Shown: positions 18,936-31,100 of the stretch, piece after piece
How positions within the stretch are numbered: the stretch's first letter is position 1
Layout of the letters: each line of letters opens with the position of its first letter
DNA from: Flavobacteriales bacterium
Lineage (GTDB): Bacteria; Bacteroidota; Bacteroidia; Flavobacteriales_G; Salibacteraceae
DNA: 64,000 bases
Reading direction: 5' to 3'
NCBI GenBank assembly: GCA_003499525.1
Contig: DNTB01000096.1
Coordinates: 34,695 to 98,694, forward strand
Notes under the pieces: model-generated
What the model saw: only the letters and a program-made list of their open reading frames with translations
Told to the model about the DNA's origin: nothing
The model's database searches: none
Translations under genes and position numbers: made by a program

Positions 18936-19179
18936 AAGGTTGCTGACTTCAACCCGGAGTACAATACTTATCATATCAAATCATGATAAGTATCACAACA
19001 TTTTGACAGTCTAAGAGCTATTTTCGATAATGTAAGTTATCATAGCTTGACGATCAAAACAACCCATCACATGATCTATTTTGATGCCGAATCAATCCCT
19101 TGCACTATTGACTCCGGAGCTCAGAAAATAGGGTTTACCGTGGTAACTTGCAGAAAGTTTTCTACCAGAATACGCGGCT

Positions 19180-22100
19180 ATGAAAAAAACTAGTACCCCT
19201 GAACGATACCCTTTTCGTACTCTTTTTCTACTCCTTACACTGCTCCTTTCTTTGACTTTGGCTCAGGCACAAACCAGTACCGAATTCTGGTTTGCACCAC
19301 CATATATTACAGCTGGAGATACAGGCAATCCACCGACGAACTATCAGGAGCCATTGCTACTTAGAATTACCTCATCTGATCTGGCCAGTACAATTACCAT
19401 TACCATGCCCGCATTGGGAGCGACAGCATTTGGCGGAGCGGGTTCAATCGTAGTAAATATTCCGGCCAACACACAACAAACCGTAGATCTTTCGGCCTAT
19501 AAAAATGACCTATTTACAGCACCATGGGATACCATTCTAAATACAGGGCTAAAAATTTCTGCCACAGAAGAGATTACGGTATACTATGAAGTCAATTCCT
19601 CCAGAAACCCAGACATTTTTGCCCTCAAGGGACAAAATGCATTAGGCACCCAGTTTTATACTCCCTTTAATAACTCCTTTGGAAATGGTTCGAAAGACGA
19701 CCCTCCGTACACTGCTTTTGATATCGTTGCGACAGAGGATAATACGACAGTTTGGATTTATCCGAGAGTAGCCCTTGAAGGCGGTCATCCTCCTTTACAG
19801 GCGTATAGCATTGTACTGGATGAAGGGCAGACCTATTCCGGAGCTGTTGCTTCAAGCGATTCAGGAGCAGTAAATCCGGCAGGTACAGTTGTGGCTTCAG
19901 ATAAACCTATCGCAATCACTATCAAGGATGATTTTGCCGAGCCTGGCCCTGGTACATGTAAGGACCTTATGGGTGATCAGATCGTTCCGGTTGATATCAT
20001 AGGTTCGGAATACGTAGTGGTCAAAGGTTCACTGACCAACAATATTGAGCGGGTATTTCTAACAGCAACGCAAAATTTCACGCAAATCCTTGTTGATGGG
20101 GCGCCGGAAACTACTCTTTTTGCAGGGGAAACGTATGATTTACCGATAAGTAATAACCTGACGCACATATTATGCTCGAACCCGACTTATGCACTGCACA
20201 TATCGGGATTTGGATGTGAGGTTGGAGCGGGTCTGCTGCCGGGTTTAAATTGTGCGGGATCTGACAAAGTCTCCTTTGTTCGGTCCGTCAAAGCAAATTT
20301 TGGAATCAATGTAATGGTACCCGCAGGAAATGAGGGGTTATTTACCATAAATGGAGATCCTACTTTACTTCAAGCCGCGGATTTTGCCGTTGTTCCCGGA
20401 ACTGGAGGTGCATGGGTAGGAGCTAAAAAAGAATTCGATACACTTGAAATAGTTCCGGAAATTTCGAATACGATTCAAAATACGGGGTCGGTTTTCGCTA
20501 TGGGAATTTTCAACGGTAATAATTCAGGTACCGGCGCACGTTACGGGTATTTCTCAGAGTTTTCGTCCAAAGTTTTTGTGGATGCTGGTGCGGACCGTAA
20601 TTCATGCGAGAATGCTGATGTGGCCAATCTCGGAGGAAGTGTTTCAGGTGGAGCTGTAAGTGGTGAATGGACAACTTCTGGCGATGGGACATTCCTTCCA
20701 AATTCAACAGATCTCAATGCTACCTATGAGCCAGGTCCTGTGGATATAGCAAACGGATCGGTTATCTTAACACTTACCTCAACGGGAAACTGTTTTCCCG
20801 TTTCTGATGATATGCAGGTGACCTTTACACCCGCACCCACAGCAGATGCCGGATTGGATGCGGACATCTGCTTGAACAATACAACCATTAACCTAAACGG
20901 GGCCGTAACTCAGGCGGGCGGAGGGCAATGGTCAGGAGGTAGCGGTGGATCTTTTCTTCCTAATGCACTAACGCTAAATGCGAATTACAATCCGTCCCCC
21001 GCAGATCTTGCCAATGGTTCTGTTACACTTACCCTAACAACCGTGGCCATGGCATCAAATTGCAATGCTGTTGATGATGTGGTTACCTACACATTTATAG
21101 ATGCGCCTTTGGTAGATGCTGGCCCTGCAAGTCAGAATATTTGTTCAAATAATTCAGATATTACATTAAATGGTTCAGTCTCCTGGGCACATGGCCCTAA
21201 CCCTTCAGTAACTTGGAGTACTAACACAGTCGTAAATCCGGGAGCTTTTGATGACCCTAACGCACTTAGTACCATCTATCGTCCTTCAGGGACTGAGCTT
21301 GCAAATGGAAGCGTAACTCTAACGTTAACTTCAGCGGCAACAGGGTCCTGCAATACCGTAAGCGATGATATTATAATCAATTTCACACCCTCACCCACCA
21401 TCATTTTCGATCCGAGCTCTTCGAATGATGTTTGTGCAAATAACAATGAGATCAACCTCTCCGCCTTCCTCACGGTTGTCACAGGAGGTACATGGTCTGG
21501 AGGACTGGGGTCCTTTTCAGGAGGAGCAACAGGGCTACTCAATAATATTTATACTCCAACCGCTCAAGAGGTATTAGATGGAACAGTTACTCTTACCCTA
21601 ACGACGACAACAGGAATTGGTAATTGTACTGCCGTTTCTAGTGATGTGACCGTCACCATACTTCCAGCTCCTATTGTTACAGCCACTACTCCAACCACGA
21701 ATAAATGTGCCAACAACGCATCAGTTCCCTTGACTGGAAGTGTAACTACACCTTCAGGGACTCCCGGCATTGGAGTTTGGACTACAACTGGCTCAGGACA
21801 ATTCCTGCCCAATGCATCAATAAGCAATCCTTCCTATGTTCCTCATCCTAATGATATAAGCAATGGAAGTGTAGTACTGACCTACACCTCTATGTTCAGC
21901 AGCCCTTGCCTGGAAGAAAGTGCTCAGTTAACCATTAATTTCTTTCCGGCTCCAACCGTACTTGTAGGTACTAACCCTTTATCAGTATGTGAAAACAATG
22001 CGGAAGTTGTTTTAAATGGAACTATTGTGGATGCTTTTGGTTTACCGCTAACAGGCACCTGGTCCAGTAATGGTACAGGGATATTTACCCCAAATGCCAA

Positions 22101-25100
22101 TGATCTAAACGGTACCTACACACCAAGTGCCAGTGATATTGCAAATGGTACAGTTCAACTCACACTGTCCTCTGACCCCGCAGCAGGTTGTAATTCTGTT
22201 CAAGAAGTATTGACCGTAAATTTCACCCCAAGTCCATCAGTAACAGCCACTGCAAATCCAACAACAATTTGCACGAACAACAGTGATGTTGTTCTTGATG
22301 GAACTATAGTAGGAGCCAGCGGAGGAGTATGGTTGGGAGGACTAGGAGTATATTCTGGTGGCCCAAATGACCTGTCAAACAATACGTATACGCCAACAAA
22401 TGCTGAATTGTCTGCAGGCACATTTACACTTACCCTCGAATCCACTGGCAATTTGAATTGTAATCCCGTACAGGACAATGTCGTAATAACAGTGATTGAT
22501 GAGCCTATTGTAGATGCAGGTGCAGACTTTACCTATTGTACAAATAATGCTGGAGTTCCTCTAAATGGTATCATTCAGCTTTTTGGTCCAATAACAGGAA
22601 ATAGCCTTTGGACTTCATTGGGCACGGGGTCCTTCGCCGATCCTTCCGCTCCGACAACAACCTATTCGCCGAGTGCTGCAGACCTTCTGGCTGGTTCAGT
22701 GACCTTGCAATTGACCTACACCTCGTCATCCATTTGTAATCCAGTCACCGATCAAATAGTGGTTACATTTATTGATCCTCCCGTGGTAGATGCAGGACCC
22801 GCATCCATAAACATATGTGAGAATAATGCAGTTACCGCATTGAACGGAAGCATTACGTTTGCTTCCGGGCCAACTCCTCCAAGTTTGTGGTCAACCAGCG
22901 GTGGCGGTAGCTTTGACAACCCAAATGACCTGGTAACAAATTATAATCCCACTCTCGCGGATATCGCTGGAGGAGGCGGATCAGTAACTTTAACTCTTAC
23001 TTCTACACCAACGCTCGGATGTCTTTCTGAATCAGATAATATCGTTGTTAATTTTACTCCAGAACCTACGGTAAGCATTGTCGCTCCTCCTGAAGTTTGT
23101 GCAAATAACTCAGTAATAACTGTTAGTGGATCCGTTACCAATGCGACAGGAGGAACTTGGTCCAATGTCAACGGATTGTTCTCCGGAGGTGTTAATGACC
23201 TAAATAACAATGACTACACCCCAACAGTTCCAGAAATCAACAATGGTTCAGTGACCTTCGTGTTAACCACTACAGGAATGGGGAATTGTAATGCGGTTCA
23301 AGCGTCGCAGACAGTGACCGTTATTGATGCCCCAATAGTTGATGCTGGAGCCAATCAGACTGTTTGTGCAAATAATGCAAGCATTACACTAAATGGCACG
23401 GTGACTGCTGATTTAGGAGGTAATGGCGGCTTAGGAACAGGACAATGGTCCACTTCCGGGACAGGGTCCTTTGCCAACTCAAATAATCTGAATACGACCT
23501 ACACGCCTTCAGCTGCCGATATTGCCGCCGGAACCGTAGACCTTACCCTCACCTCTACGGTAAATGGGCTATGTACTGAAGAATCTGATGCTATCACCAT
23601 AACTATCGTTCCTTCGCCTGTAGTTGACGCCGGTCCTGCAACAGTTGATATCTGTGCCAATAATTCTGATGTAAGTCTTATCGGTTCCATCACATTTAGC
23701 TCTGGAGCACCTCCTCTGGGAACATGGACTACTTCTGGTTCTGGATCCTTTGTCAATGCAAATGATCTCGCAACTACTTATATACCCTCCGTAGCAGATA
23801 TTTCTGGCGGTGCCGGTTCAGTAACTCTTACCCTAACATCAGATCCCACTGCTGGATGCCTGTCTGAATCAGACAATATTGTAGTGAACTTCACACCTGC
23901 GCCAACAGCCTCTATCGTAGCTCCTGCAGAAGTTTGTGCCAATAATTCTGTTATTACGATAAGTGGTTCTGTAAGCAATGCAACCGGTGGAACCTGGTCC
24001 AATGTAAATGGTGTTTTCTCAGGTGGTCCCAACGATCTTAACAACAATGATTACACCCCAACAGTCCCCGAAATAATTAACGGATCTGTTACTTTCATTT
24101 TAACGACCACTGGTATTGGGAATTGTAATTCAGTTCAAAGCTCGTACACCGTTTCAATAATAGACGCTCCAATAGTCGACGCCGGAACCAGTCAAACTGT
24201 TTGTGCCAATAATGCAAGTATTGCACTTAACGGAACGATTACCTCCGATGTTGGAGGAAATGGCGGACTAGGCACTGGACAATGGTCTACTTCCGGCACA
24301 GGTAGCTTTGCAAATGCCAATAACCTAAATACGACCTACACTCCTTCAGCTGCTGACATTGCTGCCGGTATGGTTGACATAACGTTAACTTCGACCTTAA
24401 ATGGGTTATGTGCATCTGAATCAGATGTTATAACACTGACCATAGTCCCCTCACCTGTTGTAGATGCAGGCCCTCCAAATGTGAGTATTTGCGCGAATAA
24501 CTCAGATGTAAATCTTGTAGGTACCATTACGTTTGGTTCCGGAGCTCCACCTCCCGGAACATGGACTACTTCTGGTTCTGGTTCGTTTGCTAATGCCAAT
24601 AATCTATCGACTACATATATACCTTCCGCTGCAGATATTTCAGGCGGATCCGGCTCTGTAACTCTTACTTTAACCTCAGATCCTACGGCAAATTGTCTTT
24701 CTGAATTTGATAATATAGTTGTCAATTTCACCCCAGCTCCAACAGCCTCGATTGTGGCACCAGCCGAAGTTTGTGCGAACAATTCAATTATTACGGTTAA
24801 TGGCAGTGTAACTAATGCAACGGGAGGTACCTGGTCAAATGTAAACGGTACTTTTTCGGGAGGTATAAACGACCTGAACAATAACGACTACACCCCTACC
24901 AATCCTGAGATTAATTTCGGATCTGTTACCTTCATTCTTACTACTGATGGTGTTGGTAATTGTCTCCCTGTTCAGGCATCTCGGACTGTTGATATTATCG
25001 TTGCTCCTATTGTAGATGCGGGCCCAGATGCAACGGTCTGTGCTAATGATGCCAGCGTAAATCTATCCGGCACCATAACTAACGACGTAGGAGGAAACGG

Positions 25101-28100
25101 TGGATTCGGAACGGGTGTGTGGTCAACTACAGGTACCGGTTCATTCTCCAACCCTAGTAATCTAAATGCTATTTATACTCCTTCGGCAGCAGATATCGCG
25201 GCTGGTGCTGTAACATTAAGACTTACTTCCACCGCCAATGGACTCTGTAATCAGGAATTCGATGAGCTGGTTATTACCATTATTCCAGCACCATCTGTAG
25301 ATGCAGGTATGGATCAATCCATTTGTGCCAACAATAGCGTTACTGCCTTAAATGGCTCGATTACGTTCAGCGCAGGAGCTTCGCCAGGTGGAACGTGGAC
25401 CACAAATGGTGGTGGATCTTTTGACAATATCAATGATCTAATTACCAACTATAACCCTTCAGCTGGTGATATCGCCGGCGGAGCAGGTTCCGTTGTTTTA
25501 ACGCTGACTTCCGATCCGACTATGGGATGCCAACCCGTAGCCGATAATCTTACCATAAACTTCACACCTGCACCAACAGCCAGTATCGTTTCTGTTCCTG
25601 AGGTTTGTGCGAACAACGCCATTATAACACTTAACGGATCTGTCACAACTGCGACAGTTGGAACTTGGTCTAATGTGAATGGAGTTTTCTCCGGTGGTGT
25701 AAATGATCTGGTAAACAATGACTACACCCCCACCGTTCCGGAAATAAATAGTGGTACAGTCACCTTCATTCTGACAACCAATGGCAATGGAAACTGCCTC
25801 CCCGTTCAAGCTTCCCGAACAGTTAATATAATCGATGCTCCTGTGGTGGACGCAGGTTCTGACTTTACCGTATGTGCGAATAACTCTGCCGTTGCATTGA
25901 ATGGAGTCATCAACACTGATGGCGGAGGGAACGGTGGCAGTGGCACTGGACTGTGGACAACTTCAGGCACAGGATCATTTGCAAACGCTGGTAACTTAAA
26001 TACTACCTATACGCCATCTGCAGCAGATATAGCTGCTGGTACTGTCGATTTAACCTTGACATCAACTCTGAATGGACTTTGTTTTGGAGCTTCAGATGTA
26101 ATTACTCTCACGATTGTTCCTTCCCCAGTAGTAGATGCCGGACCTGCCAATGTGGATATTTGTGCCAACAATGCAGTCACCCCACTTAACGGTTCCATCA
26201 CCTTCTCTTCCGGAGCACCACCACCAGGGCTTTGGACTACTTCAGGCACCGGAGTCTTCGCGGATCCGAATAATACGATAACCGACTATACTCCCTCTGC
26301 GGCCGATTTAACTGCGGGAAGTGTTACACTTACTTTAACATCCTCTCCTACAGCTGGTTGCCTTTCCGAATCGGACGATATTATTGTAAATTTCACCGCT
26401 GCCCCAACAGCTGATATTTTTGCTCCGGCAGAAGTTTGTGCTAATAACTCAATCATTACCCTAAATGCCACTGTTACGAGCGCAACTGGAGGAACATGGT
26501 CCAATGTAAATGGAGTTTTCTCCGGTGGTGTAAATGATCTCTTAAACAACGACTATACTCCAACAGTTCCGGAAATAACTGGAGGTTCCGTGACATTTAT
26601 CCTCACTACTACAGGTGTCGGTAACTGTAATGTCGTTCAGACCTCACATACGGTCACGATTATCGATGCACCGATTGTGGATGCAGGAGCTAATCAGGTT
26701 GTATGCGCCAACAATGCTAATATTTCTCTAAATGGAACCGTTGCTACCGATGCAAGTGGAAATGGTGGATTTGGTACCGGACAATGGTCAACCTCAGGGA
26801 CGGGTTCTTTTGCCAACGCCAATGACCTCAATACTACTTATACACCTTCTCCTGCGGATATTACGGCAGGTACTGTCGACTTGACGCTCACCTCCACAGT
26901 CAATGGACTGTGTTTGAGTGAATCAGATGCACTCACGATTACTATTGTGCCTTCTCCTGTGGTAGATGCAGGCCCGGCAACAATAGATATTTGTGCCAAT
27001 AACCCTGACGTGGATCTTATTGGTTCTATAACCTTTAGCTCAGGAGCTCCTCCTCCTGGAACATGGACCACTACTGGTACTGGAACGTTTGCAGATGCTA
27101 CTAGCCTTGTGACCACTTATACTCCCTCTGCCGCGGATATCGCTGGTGGACTTGGTACCGTCACACATACTCTGACCACAGCCCCTACAGCCGGCTGCCT
27201 TTCTGAATCAGATAATATTGTCGTCAACTTCACACCAGCACCGGTGGTGAATATCAACTCTGTTCCAGAGGTTTGTGCAAACAATTCTATCGTAACATTA
27301 AATGGCACCGTAAGCAATGCTACTGGAGGTATTTGGTCCAATGTTAATGGTACTTTTTCTGGTGGAGCTACCGGCTTGGTAAACAACGACTACTCTCCTA
27401 CCAATCCTGAGATTGCGTTTGGCTCTGTCACATTTATCCTTACTTCTACCGGACAGGGGAATTGTCTTCCTGTTCAGGACTCAAGAACGGTTACTATCAT
27501 TGAAGCGCCCGTAGTTGACGCAGGAACCGATCAAACGGTTTGTGCGAACAATGCAAATATTGCACTTAGCGGGACCGTTACAACTGATCCAGGTGGAAAT
27601 GGTGGTCCGGGTACAGGACAATGGTCTACTTCAGGTACAGGTTCTTTTGCGAACACTAATAATCTAAATACTACATATACTCCTTCAGCAGCAGATATTG
27701 CGGCAGGTACTGTGGACATAACTTTGACATCAACTCTGAATGGACTTTGCTTAGGAGCTTCAGATGTTATTACCCTAACGATTGTTCCTTCTCCAGTGGT
27801 AGATGCTGGACCTGCTACTGTAGATATTTGTGCAAACAATGCAATTACCTCGCTTACCGGATCTATTACCTTCTCGTCCGGAGTGCCACCTCCAGGACTA
27901 TGGACGACGTCAGGCTCTGGTACTTTCGCTGACCCCACAAACCCAATAACTGATTATACACCTTCAGCTGCAGACATTACAGCTGGCGGAGTACTTTTAA
28001 CGTTAACCTCAGCTCCTACCGCTGGTTGTCTGTCAGAGTCTGATGACGTGCTGGTAAGTTTCACCCCGGCACCTATTGTAAATATCAATTCCGTCCCTGA

Positions 28101-31100
28101 GGTCTGTGCAAATAATTCAATCGTCACATTAAATGGAACTGTTGCAAATGCTACAGGAGCTATATGGTCTAATGTAAACGGAACATTCTCTGGTGGAGCA
28201 ACTGGTTTAGTGAACAACGACTACTCTCCTACCAATCCTGAAATTGCTTTTGGAGCGGTCACATTCATCCTAACTTCAACAGGTCATGGAAATTGTCTTC
28301 CAGTATCAGACTCCAGAACAGTTACCATTATTGAAGCTCCTACTGTTGACGCCGGAGGTAACCAAACGGTTTGTGCCAATAATGCAAATGTGATCCTCAA
28401 TGGTACCATAACGACTGATCCTGGTGGAAGCGGTGGTTCAGGGACTGGACAATGGTCTACTTCAGGTACTGGTTCCTTTGGAAACATCAATAATCTCAGT
28501 ACCACTTATACCCCTTCTGCTGCTGATATCGCTGCAGGTACTGTTGATCTTACCCTTACATCTACTCTTAACGGGTTATGCCTGGGAGCATCTGATGTTA
28601 TAACCATCCTTATAATACCAGCACCGGTAGTAGATGCTGGCCCAATATCAACTGATTTATGTGCTAATAATGCAGTAGCTGCTCTTAACGGTTCTATCAA
28701 CTTTACTTCGGGAACTCCTCCAGATGGATTATGGACAACCAGCGGAACCGGCGTATTCGATGATCCGTCGGATTTATCAGCAAACTACACACCGTCTCAA
28801 GCCGATATTACAGCTGGAAACGTGATTCTAACACTCACATCTGATGTGACCTCTGGTTGTTTATCGGAATCCGACGCAACAACAATAAACTATACTCCTG
28901 CACCGACAGCAAATGCCGGTGCGGACCCTGTTCTATGCGCGAATAATTCTGCAATTTCATTGAATGGAGCTGTCACGATTGCAACAGGCGGATCATGGTC
29001 AGGTGGATTGGGTTCTTTTGATCCTAGTGCTAACGATCTTATTTCAACATACTACCCAACGGTTGGTGAGATTGCAAATGACTCAGTAATGCTCGTATTG
29101 AGTACTACTGGCAACAATAACTGCAACATTGTTCGAGATACCCTTGTAGCTTATTTCACACCTGCTCCTACCGCGGAAGCCGGATCAGATCAAACAGTAT
29201 GTGCCAACAATCCAGCTGTGATGCTGAATGGAGCAATAACAATTGCTACAGGTGCAACATGGACAGGTGGAACCGGAACATTTGTTCCTAACAACACAAC
29301 ACTTGCAGCTATGTATACCCCAGCGCCAGCTGAAATAGCTGCCGGATCAGTGAAACTATATTTGACAACTTCAGGAAACGGTAGTTGTAATCCAGTCACG
29401 GATAGTATGCTGATTACTATTACCACTTCACCAACTGCTGATGCAGGTCCTGATCAGACTGCATGCGCCAATAATGCAACAACGAGCCTAAACGGGTCTG
29501 TATTAGTTTCATCAGGGGGGCAATGGTCGGGAGGCCTGGGAGCATATACACCTAGCGATACAAATCTGGCGATTCAATATACCCCCACAGCAGCTGAGAT
29601 TACAGCAGGGAATGTAACGCTTACATTAACTACACGGGGCAATGGACTGTGTCTTGCGGAAAGCGATCAAGTGACAATAACTTTCACTGACGCGCCCGTA
29701 GTCAATGCTGGTCCAGATCAAATTGTTTCGGCAAATAACCCGAATACATCCCTGAACGGCTCGGTAGTTGGTGCACCAGGAGGTACGTGGTCTAGCGGTG
29801 TTGGCATATTTAATCCGAATAAGAACACTCTTAATGCTGTTTATACCCCAACAGCAGGTGAAATTGCTGACGACTCTGTAAATCTCGTATTGCGGTCGAC
29901 AGGCGGTGCGGCTAACTGTCTTGCAGTGCGTGATACGATGACCATATTCTTCAGCCCGGCCCCAATAGTCGAGGCCGGTCCTCCACAAACAGTTTGTGCG
30001 AACAACCCTGATATCATTCTCAACGGTTCTGTCACCTATGCAACGGGTGGACAGTGGTCCGGTGGAACAGGACTATACTCACCTGACGACATTACCCTTA
30101 ACGCAACCTACACTCCTTCGGCAGCCGAAAGAACTGCAGGTTTTGTGAAGCTATTTCTGACCTCAACTGGCAACGGATTGAGTAATCCTGTTACAGATAG
30201 TGTTCTATTCACAATAACTACAGCCCCAACTGCAATTGCCGGACCCGATAAAGTCACTTGTTCAAATAATCCAACGGTCTCGATTAATGGCTCCGTGGGA
30301 ATAGCAACTGGTGGAATCTGGACAGGTGGTACAGGAACGTATACTCCTTCAGATACCAATCTGGCGATTCAATATACACCGACTCCTGCGGAAATAGGGG
30401 CTGGCAGTGTGACACTCACTCTTACTACAACAGGAAATGGTTTATGCCTGGCCGAAAATGACGAAATGACCATATTCTTTGACCCCTCTCCTACTGCGAA
30501 TGCAGGACCAGATCAAACCGTTTGTGCCAATAATGCTAATGCTTCGTTGAATGGCTCTGTTACCATTGCAACAGGCGGATCATGGACTGGTGGCGGTGGA
30601 TTTTTCACCCCAAATCCGAACACGCTTAATGCGGTCTATACACCCACACTGGGCGAAATTGCAAATGACTCAGTAAACCTGGTGCTGAGCACCAATATCA
30701 CTGGAAATTGTTTCGTAGAACGAGATACCATGACCTTATACTTCAGTCCGGCTCCAGTTGTTGATGCGGGGACACCACAAACAGTTTGTGGAAACAATCC
30801 TGAAATTAATCTTAGCGGATCGGTTACTGTGGCCGGAGGAGCACGATGGACCGGAGGCACAGGGTTTTATGTTCCAAATGATCAAGCTCTCAATGCGGTT
30901 TATACTCCATCACAAGCTGAAATTAATGCTGGCTTTGTAAGGTTATATCTGACATCAATAAATAACTTAACCTGTAACCCTGTAGTTGATAGTGTATTGT
31001 TTACCATCAATACCGCACCTAGTGCCAATGCCGGGCCTGATATAACGGCATGTGCAAATAACCCTACCGTATCAATCAATGGTCTAGTGGGCATCGCAAC

